Shown one piece after another: positions 37,246 to 47,285 of a DNA stretch of 64,000 bases (position 1 is the stretch's first letter; each line of letters opens with the position of its first letter). The stretch comes from an uncultured bacterium. Its GTDB lineage: Bacteria > UBA8481. The stretch is from assembly GCA_964499705.1 (NCBI GenBank), contig CAZCME010000007.1, forward strand, positions 62,001 through 126,000, in the 5' to 3' direction. Below the pieces are notes generated by a model. The model saw nothing but the letters and a program-made list of their open reading frames with translations, was not told the DNA's origin and searched no databases. The position numbers and the translations under genes are program-made.

Positions 37246-37701
37246 AGCGTCATTATAATCGTATTCATTTCCGTTTAAAGAGGCCGCGTCAAATATTGTA
37301 AGTATAATATTTACTGTATTATATAAGATTTTTCGCAATGGCATATCGCCGATTTGTTTCCATTTGATTTCCAGCTCATATCCGTAATGGGCGGCATAAA
37401 TAATAAGGTTCACAGTCACGATGCTGAGTCAATCGCGCATGCAACAACTCCCACGGAAGGCGCGTTTCTGGAGGGAGGAGAAGATTTTCTTGGTTGATGC
37501 ATCGCTTCGACCATAACTCCATTGCTCTTCGCAATATTTCTTACCGCGCCGTCCAAGCGCAACTGAATGCTCATTGGCAGTTGCTCCATTGCCCCGGATC
37601 ACGCCGCCGTCATTGGTCCATTTCCGGAGTGCAAAACCGCGTTAAATCTTGCGATCGGTGAAGTCTCTTGCACAAACCAGGCGGGAGGGCATCATAGGAT
37701 C

Positions 37702-38589
37702 ATGTCACTACTACACCACCGGTTGACTCGTCGGCAGTTCGCCGCGTTGGCGGCATTGAGCGCGGCGGGAGTCATTGCCGGAGACACTCTGTGGTGGGAA
37801 ACGCTCCATCCTGAACTGGTCGAGCTTGATCTCGCGTTGCCGGATCTCCCGGCGTCTTTCGACGGCTACAGGATTCTTCATCTCACCGACTTTCACCATT
37901 CCTCCACCGTCCCGCTCTCGCTTATCGAGAGCGTCGTGGAACGCGGCAAGGATCTTCGAGCTGATCTTGTCGCCCTCACCGGCGATTTCGTCACGTCCGA
38001 CAGATACCAGTTCGTGCCGGGACTGCCTTATGCGGCACCCTGCATCCAAGCATTATCCAGACTGAAGGCGCCGGACGGAGTTTTCGCCGTCCTTGGAAAC
38101 CATGACAATCTGACGAACGGAGACGAAATCGCAAAGCTGCTGAAGGACGCCGGAATTCATCTGCTCCGGAACCAGGGACAGCGCATCACTCGAAAGAAAG
38201 ATTCGATCTGGGTCGGGGGCGTGGACGATTTTCTGACGGGCCGCGATGTCGGAAATGGCCTTCGGCGGGCGCTCGAAGGCCGCAACGCCGCGGAAACAAG
38301 TCTGCTGCTCGCGCATAATCCGGATCAGTTCCCTGAATTCGTGGAGCGAGGGGTCTCGGTCGCATTGTGCGGACATACCCATGGCGGCCAGGTGAGACTG
38401 CCGGTCGCCGGTCCGATCTTTGTGCCCTCGCGGTATGGCGGGCGGTTTGCCTACGGTATTTTTCGCGAGCGCGTGACGGCAATGTGGGTCTCGAAAGGAA
38501 TCGGCACGTTCCTTCTTCCCGTAAGAATGCTCTGCCGGGCCGAGATGGTTCTGATCACGATGAGGAGAGAAAATCGGCGTTCCTCCTGA
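37702..38589 (+). CDS. Metallophosphoesterase (YkuE-like) with Tat-like signal
   Basis: TRRQF; DFH, GDF, GNHD, HNPD, GHTHGGQ. Confidence 0.9.
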   Translation: MSLLHHRLTRRQFAALAALSAAGVIAGDTLWWETLHPELVELDLALPDLPASFDGYRILHLTDFHHSSTVPLSLIESVVERGKDLRADLVALTGDFVTSDRYQFVPGLPYAAPCIQALSRLKAPDGVFAVLGNHDNLTNGDEIAKLLKDAGIHLLRNQGQRITRKKDSIWVGGVDDFLTGRDVGNGLRRALEGRNAAETSLLLAHNPDQFPEFVERGVSVALCGHTHGGQVRLPVAGPIFVPSRYGGRFAYGIFRERVTAMWVSKGIGTFLLPVRMLCRAEMVLITMRRENRRSS

Positions 38590-38621
38590 CGGGCGGACTG
38601 TGATTGTTCGACGTTATCGTT

Positions 38622-39737
38622 TTAAGGCGCGCGCGACTCCCAGCCGTCTCGATCGCCGCGCACGCACCAGATTCCGAGGGGGCGCAGGTAAGCCATCAGT
38701 TCGTCGAGGGTCAGGAATCCGATGCACGGGAATGCTCCCGCGCGGGGCGGACCGTGCTGAAGGATCTTTTTCGCGAGCACGATCGAGGCGGAACTGGGCG
38801 TGGCAGGCCCGTCGTCGTTCGTCACGATGGCGATCCTTCGTTCCAGCGGCGCTCCGTCGTGCCCTGTGCCGCGGAGCCAGACGGCAAGAGAGCCGTTCTT
38901 CGTCCCGAACCGCGAGAGCAGGAGCGAGAGGCGAAGGAATAGTCCCGCGTGCTCGTGCAGACGATCCATCGCGATGAATTTGCGAAGCCATGCGAAACCG
39001 GAGAGCGCATAGTTGATGATGCTCAGTTCCACCCCGGCATGAAAACGAACCGTGCTCGCGCCCCAGGATTTCGGGAACAGTTCGAGATCGGGTACGTCGC
39101 AATTGTGCACGCGGCGGCGACCGACCGGCGAAGGAAAGTCCAGACGCCGCGCATCTCCCCAGCCCGGTCGCGGGATCCAGCGACCGCCCTGCCATAACGG
39201 GATGGGGCGCCCGACATAGGTGAGTATGGCGCCGATGGTCGCCGCGCCACGCGGATTCTGGTTGCCAGGGCTCAGCGCCCCATGGATTTCGTCAATCGAT
39301 GCGAACTCGGGCGACAGCGCACCGATCATCGCGTGGGTGATGGCGGGCACCGAACTGACTCCGGAGGAGACGAACAAGCCGCGCCGACGGGCCGGTTCGT
39401 CGAGCCTGCTTATCCCGGCGACGAAGAGCCGGGCGTCGGCCAGGTCGAGATAGTGCGAGCCGCACTCCACGCACATTTCCGCCACGCGATAATCATGTTC
39501 CTGAAACGGACCGGCCGCATGAATGACGATGTGCGATCCCTCGATCGCGCGGCGGAGCGACACGCCGTCCGCCACATCGCCGCATCGGAAATCCGCCCCG
39601 ATCCTCCCGGCGAAGTCGCCCCCCTCGCCGGGATCGCGACCCACGACGCGGACCGAGGTATCGGGATGTCTCGTCAACGCCGACGAAATGCGGCTCCCGA
39701 ATGTGCCATAACCTCCGAGAACGGTCACGGTCTTCAT
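38622..39737 (-). CDS. Saccharopine dehydrogenase family NAD(P)-binding protein
   Basis: GGYGTFG, HAAGPFQ, HYLDLAD, GVSSVPA. Confidence 0.85.
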   Translation of the reverse strand: MKTVTVLGGYGTFGSRISSALTRHPDTSVRVVGRDPGEGGDFAGRIGADFRCGDVADGVSLRRAIEGSHIVIHAAGPFQEHDYRVAEMCVECGSHYLDLADARLFVAGISRLDEPARRRGLFVSSGVSSVPAITHAMIGALSPEFASIDEIHGALSPGNQNPRGAATIGAILTYVGRPIPLWQGGRWIPRPGWGDARRLDFPSPVGRRRVHNCDVPDLELFPKSWGASTVRFHAGVELSIINYALSGFAWLRKFIAMDRLHEHAGLFLRLSLLLSRFGTKNGSLAVWLRGTGHDGAPLERRIAIVTNDDGPATPSSASIVLAKKILQHGPPRAGAFPCIGFLTLDELMAYLRPLGIWCVRGDRDGWESRAP

Positions 39738-40198
39738 GATGTTTTCCGCGGATCCACGACGCGCTCGCGCACGAGGCGCTGCAGTTCGGCGTGGCGAAAA
39801 GCGAAGAAGCGACGGAGCTTCGGCGCCACGAAGAGCTTCACCGTCAGGCTTCCTCCGAGATACCAGGGCAGTCGGACATCGATCCTGTCGCGCAGTATCG
39901 TGCCCGATTCCGCGGGCAGAAACTCGTGGATGTGCTCGAACATTGCGAACGGCCCCCGGATCTGCCGCTCGCCGAACCGACTCGGTGGTTCATAGACGAA
40001 ATGCTCAAACGTCATGGCCACCCGGACCGGGCCGATTCGTTCCTCCACGCGCGTAATGCTCCCGACGCGGATGTGGCCATCGTTGGCGATCATGCGGAAC
40101 GCTGTCCACCCCCGCAATAACAGGGCGAGGTTGTCCGGATTCTCATGAAAGGCGAAGAGCTGTGTCCGCGGAACGGCGAATACGCGCTCGAATTGCAT
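39734..40198 (-). CDS. SRPBCC family protein
   Basis: LFAFHENPDNL, PPSRF.ERQIRGPF..FEHIHEF, FFAFRH; ATGA-coupled to the downstream gene. Confidence 0.8.
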   Translation of the reverse strand: MQFERVFAVPRTQLFAFHENPDNLALLLRGWTAFRMIANDGHIRVGSITRVEERIGPVRVAMTFEHFVYEPPSRFGERQIRGPFAMFEHIHEFLPAESGTILRDRIDVRLPWYLGGSLTVKLFVAPKLRRFFAFRHAELQRLVRERVVDPRKTS

Positions 40199-40366
40199 TT
40201 TCACGCGAACGTGATCCTGCGCCGATCCATTCGGGATCGGACCTCGAACACGAATGCTCTCGATTGACGCTCGCGTGAATTTCCCATACCAGCCTCCGGA
40301 TTGCAGGTGTTTCATTGTAGCGGAACACAGGCGGGGAGCGGCATCCTCCGTCGAAGGGATCCCTAT

Positions 40367-40382
40367 CGGCACGCTGATTGCT
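40367..40382 (+). promoter_or_regulatory. Putative sigma54 (-24/-12) promoter upstream of korAB
   Basis: cGGCACGctgaTTGCt, GG-N10-GC spacing. Confidence 0.65.
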
Positions 40383-40566
40383 TCCTCTATTACCTGTGCA
40401 TCAGGATGAAGTTTACCAAACGAACCGGACCGACGAGAGAAATATCACAGCCGGCATTTCTTATGCCCGCTGATCGCGGAGATTTCCCCCTTCCATGCCG
40501 AATCGTTCGCGTTTTTCGCGCGACCGTCATCATCCCTGAGCGCTATTACCGACGAGGTGCAGACGC

Positions 40567-42408
40567 ATGACTATTTCCACGATTGAGAAAGACGCCGTCA
40601 CGATTCGCTTTGCTGGGGATTCCGGGGACGGCATGCAATTGACCGGCAGCCGATTTTCATCGTCGTCCGCGATCTTCGGAAACGATATCGCGACGTTTCC
40701 GGATTATCCCGCGGAGATCCGCGCACCTTCCGGAACCGTGGCCGGGGTGAGCGGTTTCCAGATTCAGCTCGCCGATCATGACATCTACACGCCGGGAGAT
40801 CATGCCGACTGCCTTGTCGCGATGAATCCCGCCGCGCTGAAAAAATGCCTCCCGGAACTTCTTCCCAACGCGCTCGTCATCCTGAACGAGGACGCCTTCA
40901 CCCCTGGCAACATCGAGAAGGCCGGCTTCGCATCGAATCCGCTCGACGACGGGCTCCTCGGTGAATACCGGATCGTGCTCGTCAAGATCACCTCCCTCAC
41001 CTGCAGCGCCACGGGATCCCTTCTTCCCCGGAAGCAGGCGGAGCGGTGCAAGAATCTCTTCGCCCTGGGCCTGACGCTCTGGATCTTCGGCCGCGATACC
41101 GGCTCCACGCGCGAATGGATCCGGTCGAAATTTTCCAAGAATGCCGCCGTCGCGGAGGCGAACCTGGCGGCGCTGGAAGCAGGATATTCGTACGGCGAAA
41201 CGACGGATCTCGCCGACGCGCGCTATCGCGTCGCTCCCGCGACGGTACGGCCGGGAACCTACGCGCAGGTGAGCGGCAACGAAGGAATCGCTCTCGGACT
41301 TGTCGCCGCGGCGCAATCGGCCCGGTGTCCGCTCTTCTACGGCTCCTATCCCATCACGCCCGCCACGGACATTCTGCATGAACTGGCGAGCCTGTCCGCT
41401 TTCGACGTGACGACGTTCCAGGCGGAGGATGAGATCGCCGCGATGTGCTCCACGATCGGCGCCGCCTTCGCGGGTTCGATCGCGGTCACGGGCACGAGCG
41501 GCCCGGGGCTCTGCCTGAAAAGCGAGGCGATCAATCTCGCGGTCATGACGGAACTGCCGATGGTGATCGTCAACGTCCAGCGCGGAGGACCATCCACGGG
41601 ACTGCCGACGAAGACGGAGCAATCCGACCTGCTGCAGGCCCTGTACGGCCGCAACGGCGAATCTCCTCTCGTCATTCTCGCGCCGCAATCGCCCTCCGAC
41701 TGCTACGCGATCGCCTATGAGGCGGTGCGCATCGCACTGAGGATCATGGGTCCGGTGATCGTTCTTTCCGACGGATACATCGGCAATGGAGCGGAACCAT
41801 GGCGCATTCCTGAGCCGGACTCCATGCCGCCCATCGTCGTCCGATACGCGACCGATCCGGACACATTTCAGCCCTATGCGCGCGATCCGGAAACCTATGC
41901 GCGGCCCTGGGCGATCCCGGGAACGCCCGGCCTCGAACACCGCATCGGCGGTCTCGAAAAGCAAGACGGCTCGGGGCACGTGAGCTATGACCCGGCCAAC
42001 CACCATCGGATGATGGAGCTGCGCGCGGAAAAGGTGCGGCGCCTCGACGCGTTCATTCCGCCGCAGGACGTGTACGGCGAAAAGGAGGGGCGCCTGCTGA
42101 TCCTCGGATGGGGCGGCACGTTCGGCGCGATCAGGACGGCGGCGGAACGGCTTCGCGCGGAAGGGATATCGGTCTCTCACGCCCACCTCCGCTATCTCAA
42201 TCCGTTCCCCTCCAACCTCAGGCGGATTCTTTCGCGCTTCGAGCACGTGCTGGTTCCGGAAATCAATCTCGGCCAGATGGCGTCCGTCATTCGCTCCACG
42301 TACCTTAAAGAAGTGCAGCAACTGAACCAGGTGCGCGGAGTACCCCTCAAGGTCGCGGAAATCTGCGCGCGCGCCAGACAGATATTGAATCAAGGAGTTC
42401 GATCATGA
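40567..42408 (+). CDS. korA: 2-oxoacid:ferredoxin oxidoreductase alpha subunit (gamma-alpha fusion)
   Basis: FAGDSGDGMQLTG, YPITPA, QAEDEIAA, TSGPG, QRGGPSTGLPTK. Confidence 0.93.
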   Translation: MTISTIEKDAVTIRFAGDSGDGMQLTGSRFSSSSAIFGNDIATFPDYPAEIRAPSGTVAGVSGFQIQLADHDIYTPGDHADCLVAMNPAALKKCLPELLPNALVILNEDAFTPGNIEKAGFASNPLDDGLLGEYRIVLVKITSLTCSATGSLLPRKQAERCKNLFALGLTLWIFGRDTGSTREWIRSKFSKNAAVAEANLAALEAGYSYGETTDLADARYRVAPATVRPGTYAQVSGNEGIALGLVAAAQSARCPLFYGSYPITPATDILHELASLSAFDVTTFQAEDEIAAMCSTIGAAFAGSIAVTGTSGPGLCLKSEAINLAVMTELPMVIVNVQRGGPSTGLPTKTEQSDLLQALYGRNGESPLVILAPQSPSDCYAIAYEAVRIALRIMGPVIVLSDGYIGNGAEPWRIPEPDSMPPIVVRYATDPDTFQPYARDPETYARPWAIPGTPGLEHRIGGLEKQDGSGHVSYDPANHHRMMELRAEKVRRLDAFIPPQDVYGEKEGRLLILGWGGTFGAIRTAAERLRAEGISVSHAHLRYLNPFPSNLRRILSRFEHVLVPEINLGQMASVIRSTYLKEVQQLNQVRGVPLKVAEICARARQILNQGVRS

Positions 42409-43445
42409 CATCAGGAACGCTGGCGCCGCCGTGCGAGGCGAGGATTATGGATTCGAGTGCGGAGACATTGACGCGGCAGGATTTCGTCTCGGGGCAGACC
42501 GTGCGATGGTGTCCCGGTTGCGGCGACTACGCGATTCTCGCGCAGATCCAGAATACGCTCCCCACGCTCGGCATTCCGCGCGAAAAAATCGTCGTCATCT
42601 CCGGTATCGGATGCTCCAGCCGGTTCCCCTACTACATGAACACGTACGGCTTTCACACGATCCACGGCCGGGCGGCGGCCATCGCCACCGGCGTGCAACT
42701 GGCGCGCGAGGATCTCCATGTCTGGGTAATTACCGGCGACGGCGATGCGCTCTCCATCGGAGGCAACCACTTCATCCACACGATCCGCCGCAACGTCAAC
42801 CTCCGGTTCATCCTCTTCAACAACGCCATCTACGGCCTGACGAAGGGGCAATATTCTCCCACGTCGCCGAAAGGGACGAAGACCAAGTCCACGCCGCGCG
42901 GCTCGATCGAGAATCCGCTCCACCCGATCTCGCTCGCCCTCGGAACGGAAGCGACCTTCGTCGCGCGAACCCTCGCGGCCGATCCGAAACATCTCGCCAC
43001 CGTTCTGCAGAAGGCGGCGCGCCACAAGGGCACGGCCTTCGTGGAGGTGCTTCAGAATTGCCTCATCTTCAACGACGGGTGCTTCGATTTCCTGGAGGAT
43101 AAAACCCGGCGCGCGGAAACGGCGCTCTATTGCGAAGACGGAAAGCCGCTCCTGTTCGGAGGAACGGAACGCAAGGGGATCGGATTGAACGGCTTTTCTC
43201 CGAAAGTGGTCGCGGGCAACGATCCCGGCGTGCTCGTCCATGACGAGACGAACGAAGATCCCGGCTACGCCTGGTTTCTTTCCCGGCTGCGCCATCCGGA
43301 ATTCCCCGTCCCGCTGGGCGTGTTCCGCTCCATCAGCCGGCCCGTCTTCGACGAGCAGGTTCGCTCCGACGTAGCCCGTGCCCGCGCCGAGAACAAACTC
43401 ACCTGGGACGAATATCTGCTCCGGCGAGGAACCTGGAAGGTCTGA
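42405..43445 (+). CDS. korB: 2-oxoacid:ferredoxin oxidoreductase beta subunit
   Basis: WCPGCGD, GIGCSSR, HTIHGR, GDGD, YGLTKGQYSPT. Confidence 0.93.
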   Translation: MTSGTLAPPCEARIMDSSAETLTRQDFVSGQTVRWCPGCGDYAILAQIQNTLPTLGIPREKIVVISGIGCSSRFPYYMNTYGFHTIHGRAAAIATGVQLAREDLHVWVITGDGDALSIGGNHFIHTIRRNVNLRFILFNNAIYGLTKGQYSPTSPKGTKTKSTPRGSIENPLHPISLALGTEATFVARTLAADPKHLATVLQKAARHKGTAFVEVLQNCLIFNDGCFDFLEDKTRRAETALYCEDGKPLLFGGTERKGIGLNGFSPKVVAGNDPGVLVHDETNEDPGYAWFLSRLRHPEFPVPLGVFRSISRPVFDEQVRSDVARARAENKLTWDEYLLRRGTWKV

Positions 43446-43460
43446 AGGGGGGGGCGGTCG

Positions 43461-44783
43461 TCAGCCCCGATCGATCCTTCCGGCGACAGGACCGTTCTCC
43501 AGGTTCAAGACACCCCGCGGGCAGACCGTCGCGCACATGCCGCAGCCGACACAGGAGGCGCGGACGATATTCCGGCCCCGCTGAGCATACCACCGGACAT
43601 CGATCCCCATCTCGCAGTACGTGGAGCAGTTGCCGCATGAAATGCACTGGCCGCCATTCGTGGTGATGCGGAAGCGCGAGAAGAATCGCTGCAGTATCCC
43701 CAGGATCGCGGCCTGCGGGCAGCCGAAGCGGCACCAGACGCGCGTGCCGAGAATCGGGTAGAAACCCACGCCGATGACTCCGGACCAGAGAGCTCCAATA
43801 TAGAATCCGTACCACTTCGAGAATGTGACGGACCATTCGCCCAGCAGCTTTCCCTGTTGATAGGAGTTGGCCCAGAGCATCGCCGTGGTCAGCGTGATGA
43901 AGACAAGGACAAGATGGATGCTCCATCTTTCCAATCTCCACGCCGCGAGTTTCTTCGAAGAGAGCTGGCGAAAGGAGTCGCCGGCCGTGTTCGCAAGGCC
44001 TCCGCAACCGCAGACCCAGGAGCAGTACCAGCGCTTGCCGAAAAAATATGTCAGGACGGGCACGGCGACGAAGGAGATCAGAATTCCCCACCACGCCATG
44101 AAGGCTCCCAGCCTCCCGGGATGCGAACGCAGGCCGTGAAGGGTGGACGGGAAAAGATAATCGTACTTGAGCGGCCAGAAATAGCTGAAGTAATACTCGG
44201 GCTCGTGGAACAGTTGCAGCACGGAGGGAATCAGGTAGGCGAAGAAAAGCTGCGCGATCATGATCGCCAGGGTGCGGATGACCTGGTATCTCGAATGCCG
44301 ATATCGCGCGATCGCCTTGGCGCCCATCGCCAGGATCGCGACCGTGTAAAGCGTTCCATACAGAAACCATTGGTCCGCCGGTCGACCCCTGAGAAAATGG
44401 CTGAGCGGATCGTGCATGCGTATGGGCCCGCTCAGTTTCGCGGGATACCAGTACAGAACGATGTAACCGGCGGTCAGCGCGACACCGAGAATCCATCCGG
44501 CAGCTCCGCGTGCCGTCACGGAGCCTGACATCATGCCGTTGTTCTGAATGCCGGCGGGGCGGCGGAGATGATGGCGCGTTCCGTAGAGAAGTGCGCCCGC
44601 GAAAATCGACCCTACAGAAAACGCGAGATCACACAAGGCGAATCCTGTGCTTCTCCCCGACAGCGACAGGAGAAATACGAGAAGCCCGATCCCGAGGAGA
44701 GCCAGCCCGGATTTTTCCGTGGCATCGAGTTCGGGGGGATGCGGGTCCGCCAGTGAAAGAGAAGCCTCCGTCTGTTCCGTCAT
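43461..44783 (-). CDS. Polytopic membrane protein with 4Fe-4S motifs (NapH/YccM-like)
   Basis: Multiple TM segments; YCSWVCGCG, WCRFGCP, CISCGNCSTYC, CVGCGMCATVCP; ATGA overlap at 44780-44783. Confidence 0.88.
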   Translation of the reverse strand: MTEQTEASLSLADPHPPELDATEKSGLALLGIGLLVFLLSLSGRSTGFALCDLAFSVGSIFAGALLYGTRHHLRRPAGIQNNGMMSGSVTARGAAGWILGVALTAGYIVLYWYPAKLSGPIRMHDPLSHFLRGRPADQWFLYGTLYTVAILAMGAKAIARYRHSRYQVIRTLAIMIAQLFFAYLIPSVLQLFHEPEYYFSYFWPLKYDYLFPSTLHGLRSHPGRLGAFMAWWGILISFVAVPVLTYFFGKRWYCSWVCGCGGLANTAGDSFRQLSSKKLAAWRLERWSIHLVLVFITLTTAMLWANSYQQGKLLGEWSVTFSKWYGFYIGALWSGVIGVGFYPILGTRVWCRFGCPQAAILGILQRFFSRFRITTNGGQCISCGNCSTYCEMGIDVRWYAQRGRNIVRASCVGCGMCATVCPRGVLNLENGPVAGRIDRG

Positions 44784-46141
44784 GGCTTCCTCGACGCGAG
44801 AACTTGAAGCGCTGACCACAGGCTCTTTCTTCGCCTGAGGATCACAGGAGATTCCGGATGCGTCCTGTTGTAAACCTCGATCATGTCCGACTCGTACTGC
44901 CGGAAGAACTCCGGATCGAAATTGGCTGCGCCAAGGTCGGCAAGAACTTCTCGAATCGACGTTCCGGCGGCGATCCACGACTCGCAGACTTCGTGACGGT
45001 ATCGCACTCCCATCAGGTTGAATCCGATCACTTTTCCGCCCTGTTTTTCGTAGTCGATCCGGATGGATTTTCTTCGATCCCCGTGCATCCAGAATAATGT
45101 CTCGTGCGTTTCCGGAAGCTGGGGACGGATCTCGCCGTAGACCTGGTACTCGATGCCGAAAAACTTCGCCGAGTTAAACCAGATTCCCGGATCGTACGAT
45201 GCGCTTTCTCCGCAGATGTTGCGGCCCGCGACCTCCCCCATCATCCGACCCGTGTACCAGACCGGTTCGATCGCCCTCCGCCCCGGACGAGGCGTGCGGA
45301 GTTCCACGCAATCGCCCGCCGCGAAGATTCCCGCCGCGTTCGTCGCCAGCCGGTCATCCACCAGGATCCCGCGATTCGTCTCGATCCCGCTCGTCCGCGC
45401 CAGATCCACGTTCGGTTTCACGCCGACCGCGAGCGCGACGAAGTCGCAGGAGATCTCCTCCCCCTTGCTCGTGATCACGGCGCGCACCCGGCCGCCGGAA
45501 TCGCCGAGGAGTTCCTTCAGCTCGGTCTCATGCCGGAGATCGACGCCGTGCTCGCGCACATGCCCGCTCACCATCTCCGCTTCCTCGCGCGGGAGAAAAT
45601 GCGTCGCGAACGCCGGCTCGCGCACCAGGTAGGTCACGTGAATTCCCCGCGACAGGAGCATCTCCGCGACCTCGACGCCGATGAGCCCTCCTCCGACCAC
45701 GACGGCCCGGCGGGCCCTCCGCGTATTCCGTTCCATCGCTTCCAGGTCCGGAAGACCGTAGAAGCCCTGGACGCCGTCCAGGTCCTGTCCCGGCCAGCCG
45801 AAGAAGCTGGATTGCGATCCTGTGGCGAGAAGAAGCGTGTCGTAGCGCAGGGGCGGGCTCCCGTCGCGGAACAGGACCATCTTCCCCGCGGAGTCGATCT
45901 TCTCGACATAGGCCTGCTTCAGCTCGATCCGGTTCTTCTCCCAGAACCAATCCTCGTACGGCTTCGTCGATTCGTACGTCATGTGCCCCATGAAGATGTA
46001 CATGAGCGCCGGCCGGGAATAAAAGTGGCGAGACTCGCCGGATACGACCGTGATGCGCCGGCCCGACAACTGGCGAATGGTCCTCGCGGCGGTGATACCG
46101 GCCACGCCGTTCCCGACGATGACCACATGTTCCATGCTCAT
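44780..46141 (-). CDS. FAD/NAD(P)-dependent pyridine nucleotide-disulfide oxidoreductase family protein
   Basis: GNGVAG, LATGS, GGGLIG.E, IFAAGDC. Confidence 0.9.
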   Translation of the reverse strand: MSMEHVVIVGNGVAGITAARTIRQLSGRRITVVSGESRHFYSRPALMYIFMGHMTYESTKPYEDWFWEKNRIELKQAYVEKIDSAGKMVLFRDGSPPLRYDTLLLATGSQSSFFGWPGQDLDGVQGFYGLPDLEAMERNTRRARRAVVVGGGLIGVEVAEMLLSRGIHVTYLVREPAFATHFLPREEAEMVSGHVREHGVDLRHETELKELLGDSGGRVRAVITSKGEEISCDFVALAVGVKPNVDLARTSGIETNRGILVDDRLATNAAGIFAAGDCVELRTPRPGRRAIEPVWYTGRMMGEVAGRNICGESASYDPGIWFNSAKFFGIEYQVYGEIRPQLPETHETLFWMHGDRRKSIRIDYEKQGGKVIGFNLMGVRYRHEVCESWIAAGTSIREVLADLGAANFDPEFFRQYESDMIEVYNRTHPESPVILRRRKSLWSALQVLASRKP

Positions 46142-46213
46142 TATTTTGTCATCACCTTGCTCTCATCAGTCGGGAATCCGGAGCTTCCGTTACAAGCAGA
46201 TTCCGGCAAAATG

Positions 46214-47203
46214 CTATCGCGATCGGAGCCCCATTTTAGAGAGCGCCGCGGCATCGGCCTCGCCATGGAGCTTCCAGTACGCGAGTCGATCGCTGCCCAT
46301 CAGTTCTCCGGAAAAACTCCCGCCGCCCAGGCGTTTTTGCGGAGATTCCCCCGCGTCCGTCCAAGTCCACGTGATGATGCGATGTGGGTATTCGGATTCC
46401 ACCCGGAATTCACCGACCCGCCCGCTCTCCACTTGAACCTTGAATCGATCGACGCGGAAATCGCCGGCGGCGACGGTAACCTTCTCGCCGGCCGAGGATC
46501 TCGAGATCACGGCCTTCGTCCATTCGGCCGGCTGATGAACCAGTCTCCGATAGAACGCCTCCGGGAGGAACGGCACCGTGCGCGACCGGCCCGGTTCGAG
46601 ATAGGCGCCGCGCAAGCCGCGCAGGAGAATATAGAGTTCCTCTTCGGTGATTCCGCCCTCCGGCCTCGCCAGTTCCCGTTCCGACGACTCGCCCTCGAAA
46701 TAGCTGAAGAATCGCTCGTCGATCTTCGCGTTCCCGAAGAGGAGTTCATCATAAACATGCCCGCACCATTCGGCGGACGAGAAACTGATCTTCAGCGGAG
46801 AAAAGTCGGAGGATTTCGAAAAGAGGGATGTCATCGTGTTGTAATCATAGATCCCGGTCTGGAAGTCGCGGACGAAGTTCAGCTTCAGCACGTCCACCGT
46901 GTCGTCCGGCTTCGCCGAAGGATCGTCGACCTTCACCCGCATCGAGAGACTGAACGGTTCCGTCACGAAGATCATGACGGCCTCGCCTTTGCGTTCTTCT
47001 CCGTATCGATTGACCCGGAACGTGTACCCGTTCATCTCCGCGCGCCCGTCGCGCCACCACGATTCGAAGGAGGGATCCGTCGACGCTCCGTCAGCGCGAT
47101 CAGGCGGCAGCGCGCCGCACGCGATCAGAAACGCATGAGCCGATACGAGCGCCAGACCGCCGCAGAAAAGACGGGTGGTCGTTTTCCAGAAACGTGATCT
47201 CAT
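46214..47203 (-). CDS. Conserved hypothetical lipoprotein
   Basis: LIAC lipobox-like signal; WWRDGRAE, RYGE.R.GEAVMIFVTE, VLKLN..F.TGIYDY, EWCGHVY. Confidence 0.7.
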   Translation of the reverse strand: MRSRFWKTTTRLFCGGLALVSAHAFLIACGALPPDRADGASTDPSFESWWRDGRAEMNGYTFRVNRYGEERKGEAVMIFVTEPFSLSMRVKVDDPSAKPDDTVDVLKLNFVRDFQTGIYDYNTMTSLFSKSSDFSPLKISFSSAEWCGHVYDELLFGNAKIDERFFSYFEGESSERELARPEGGITEEELYILLRGLRGAYLEPGRSRTVPFLPEAFYRRLVHQPAEWTKAVISRSSAGEKVTVAAGDFRVDRFKVQVESGRVGEFRVESEYPHRIITWTWTDAGESPQKRLGGGSFSGELMGSDRLAYWKLHGEADAAALSKMGLRSR

Positions 47204-47285
47204 CGAAAATCCTCCACGGGTAAACTATAACGCTGGGCCGGCGACAAATATCGCATAAAATATCGGGGAGAGGACGGCGACGGTC

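Noticed and set aside
37250-37700. Small ORFs in the AT-rich region upstream of Fic as an antitoxin
   Set aside because: Only short frames with no recognisable motif or SD; cannot be supported.
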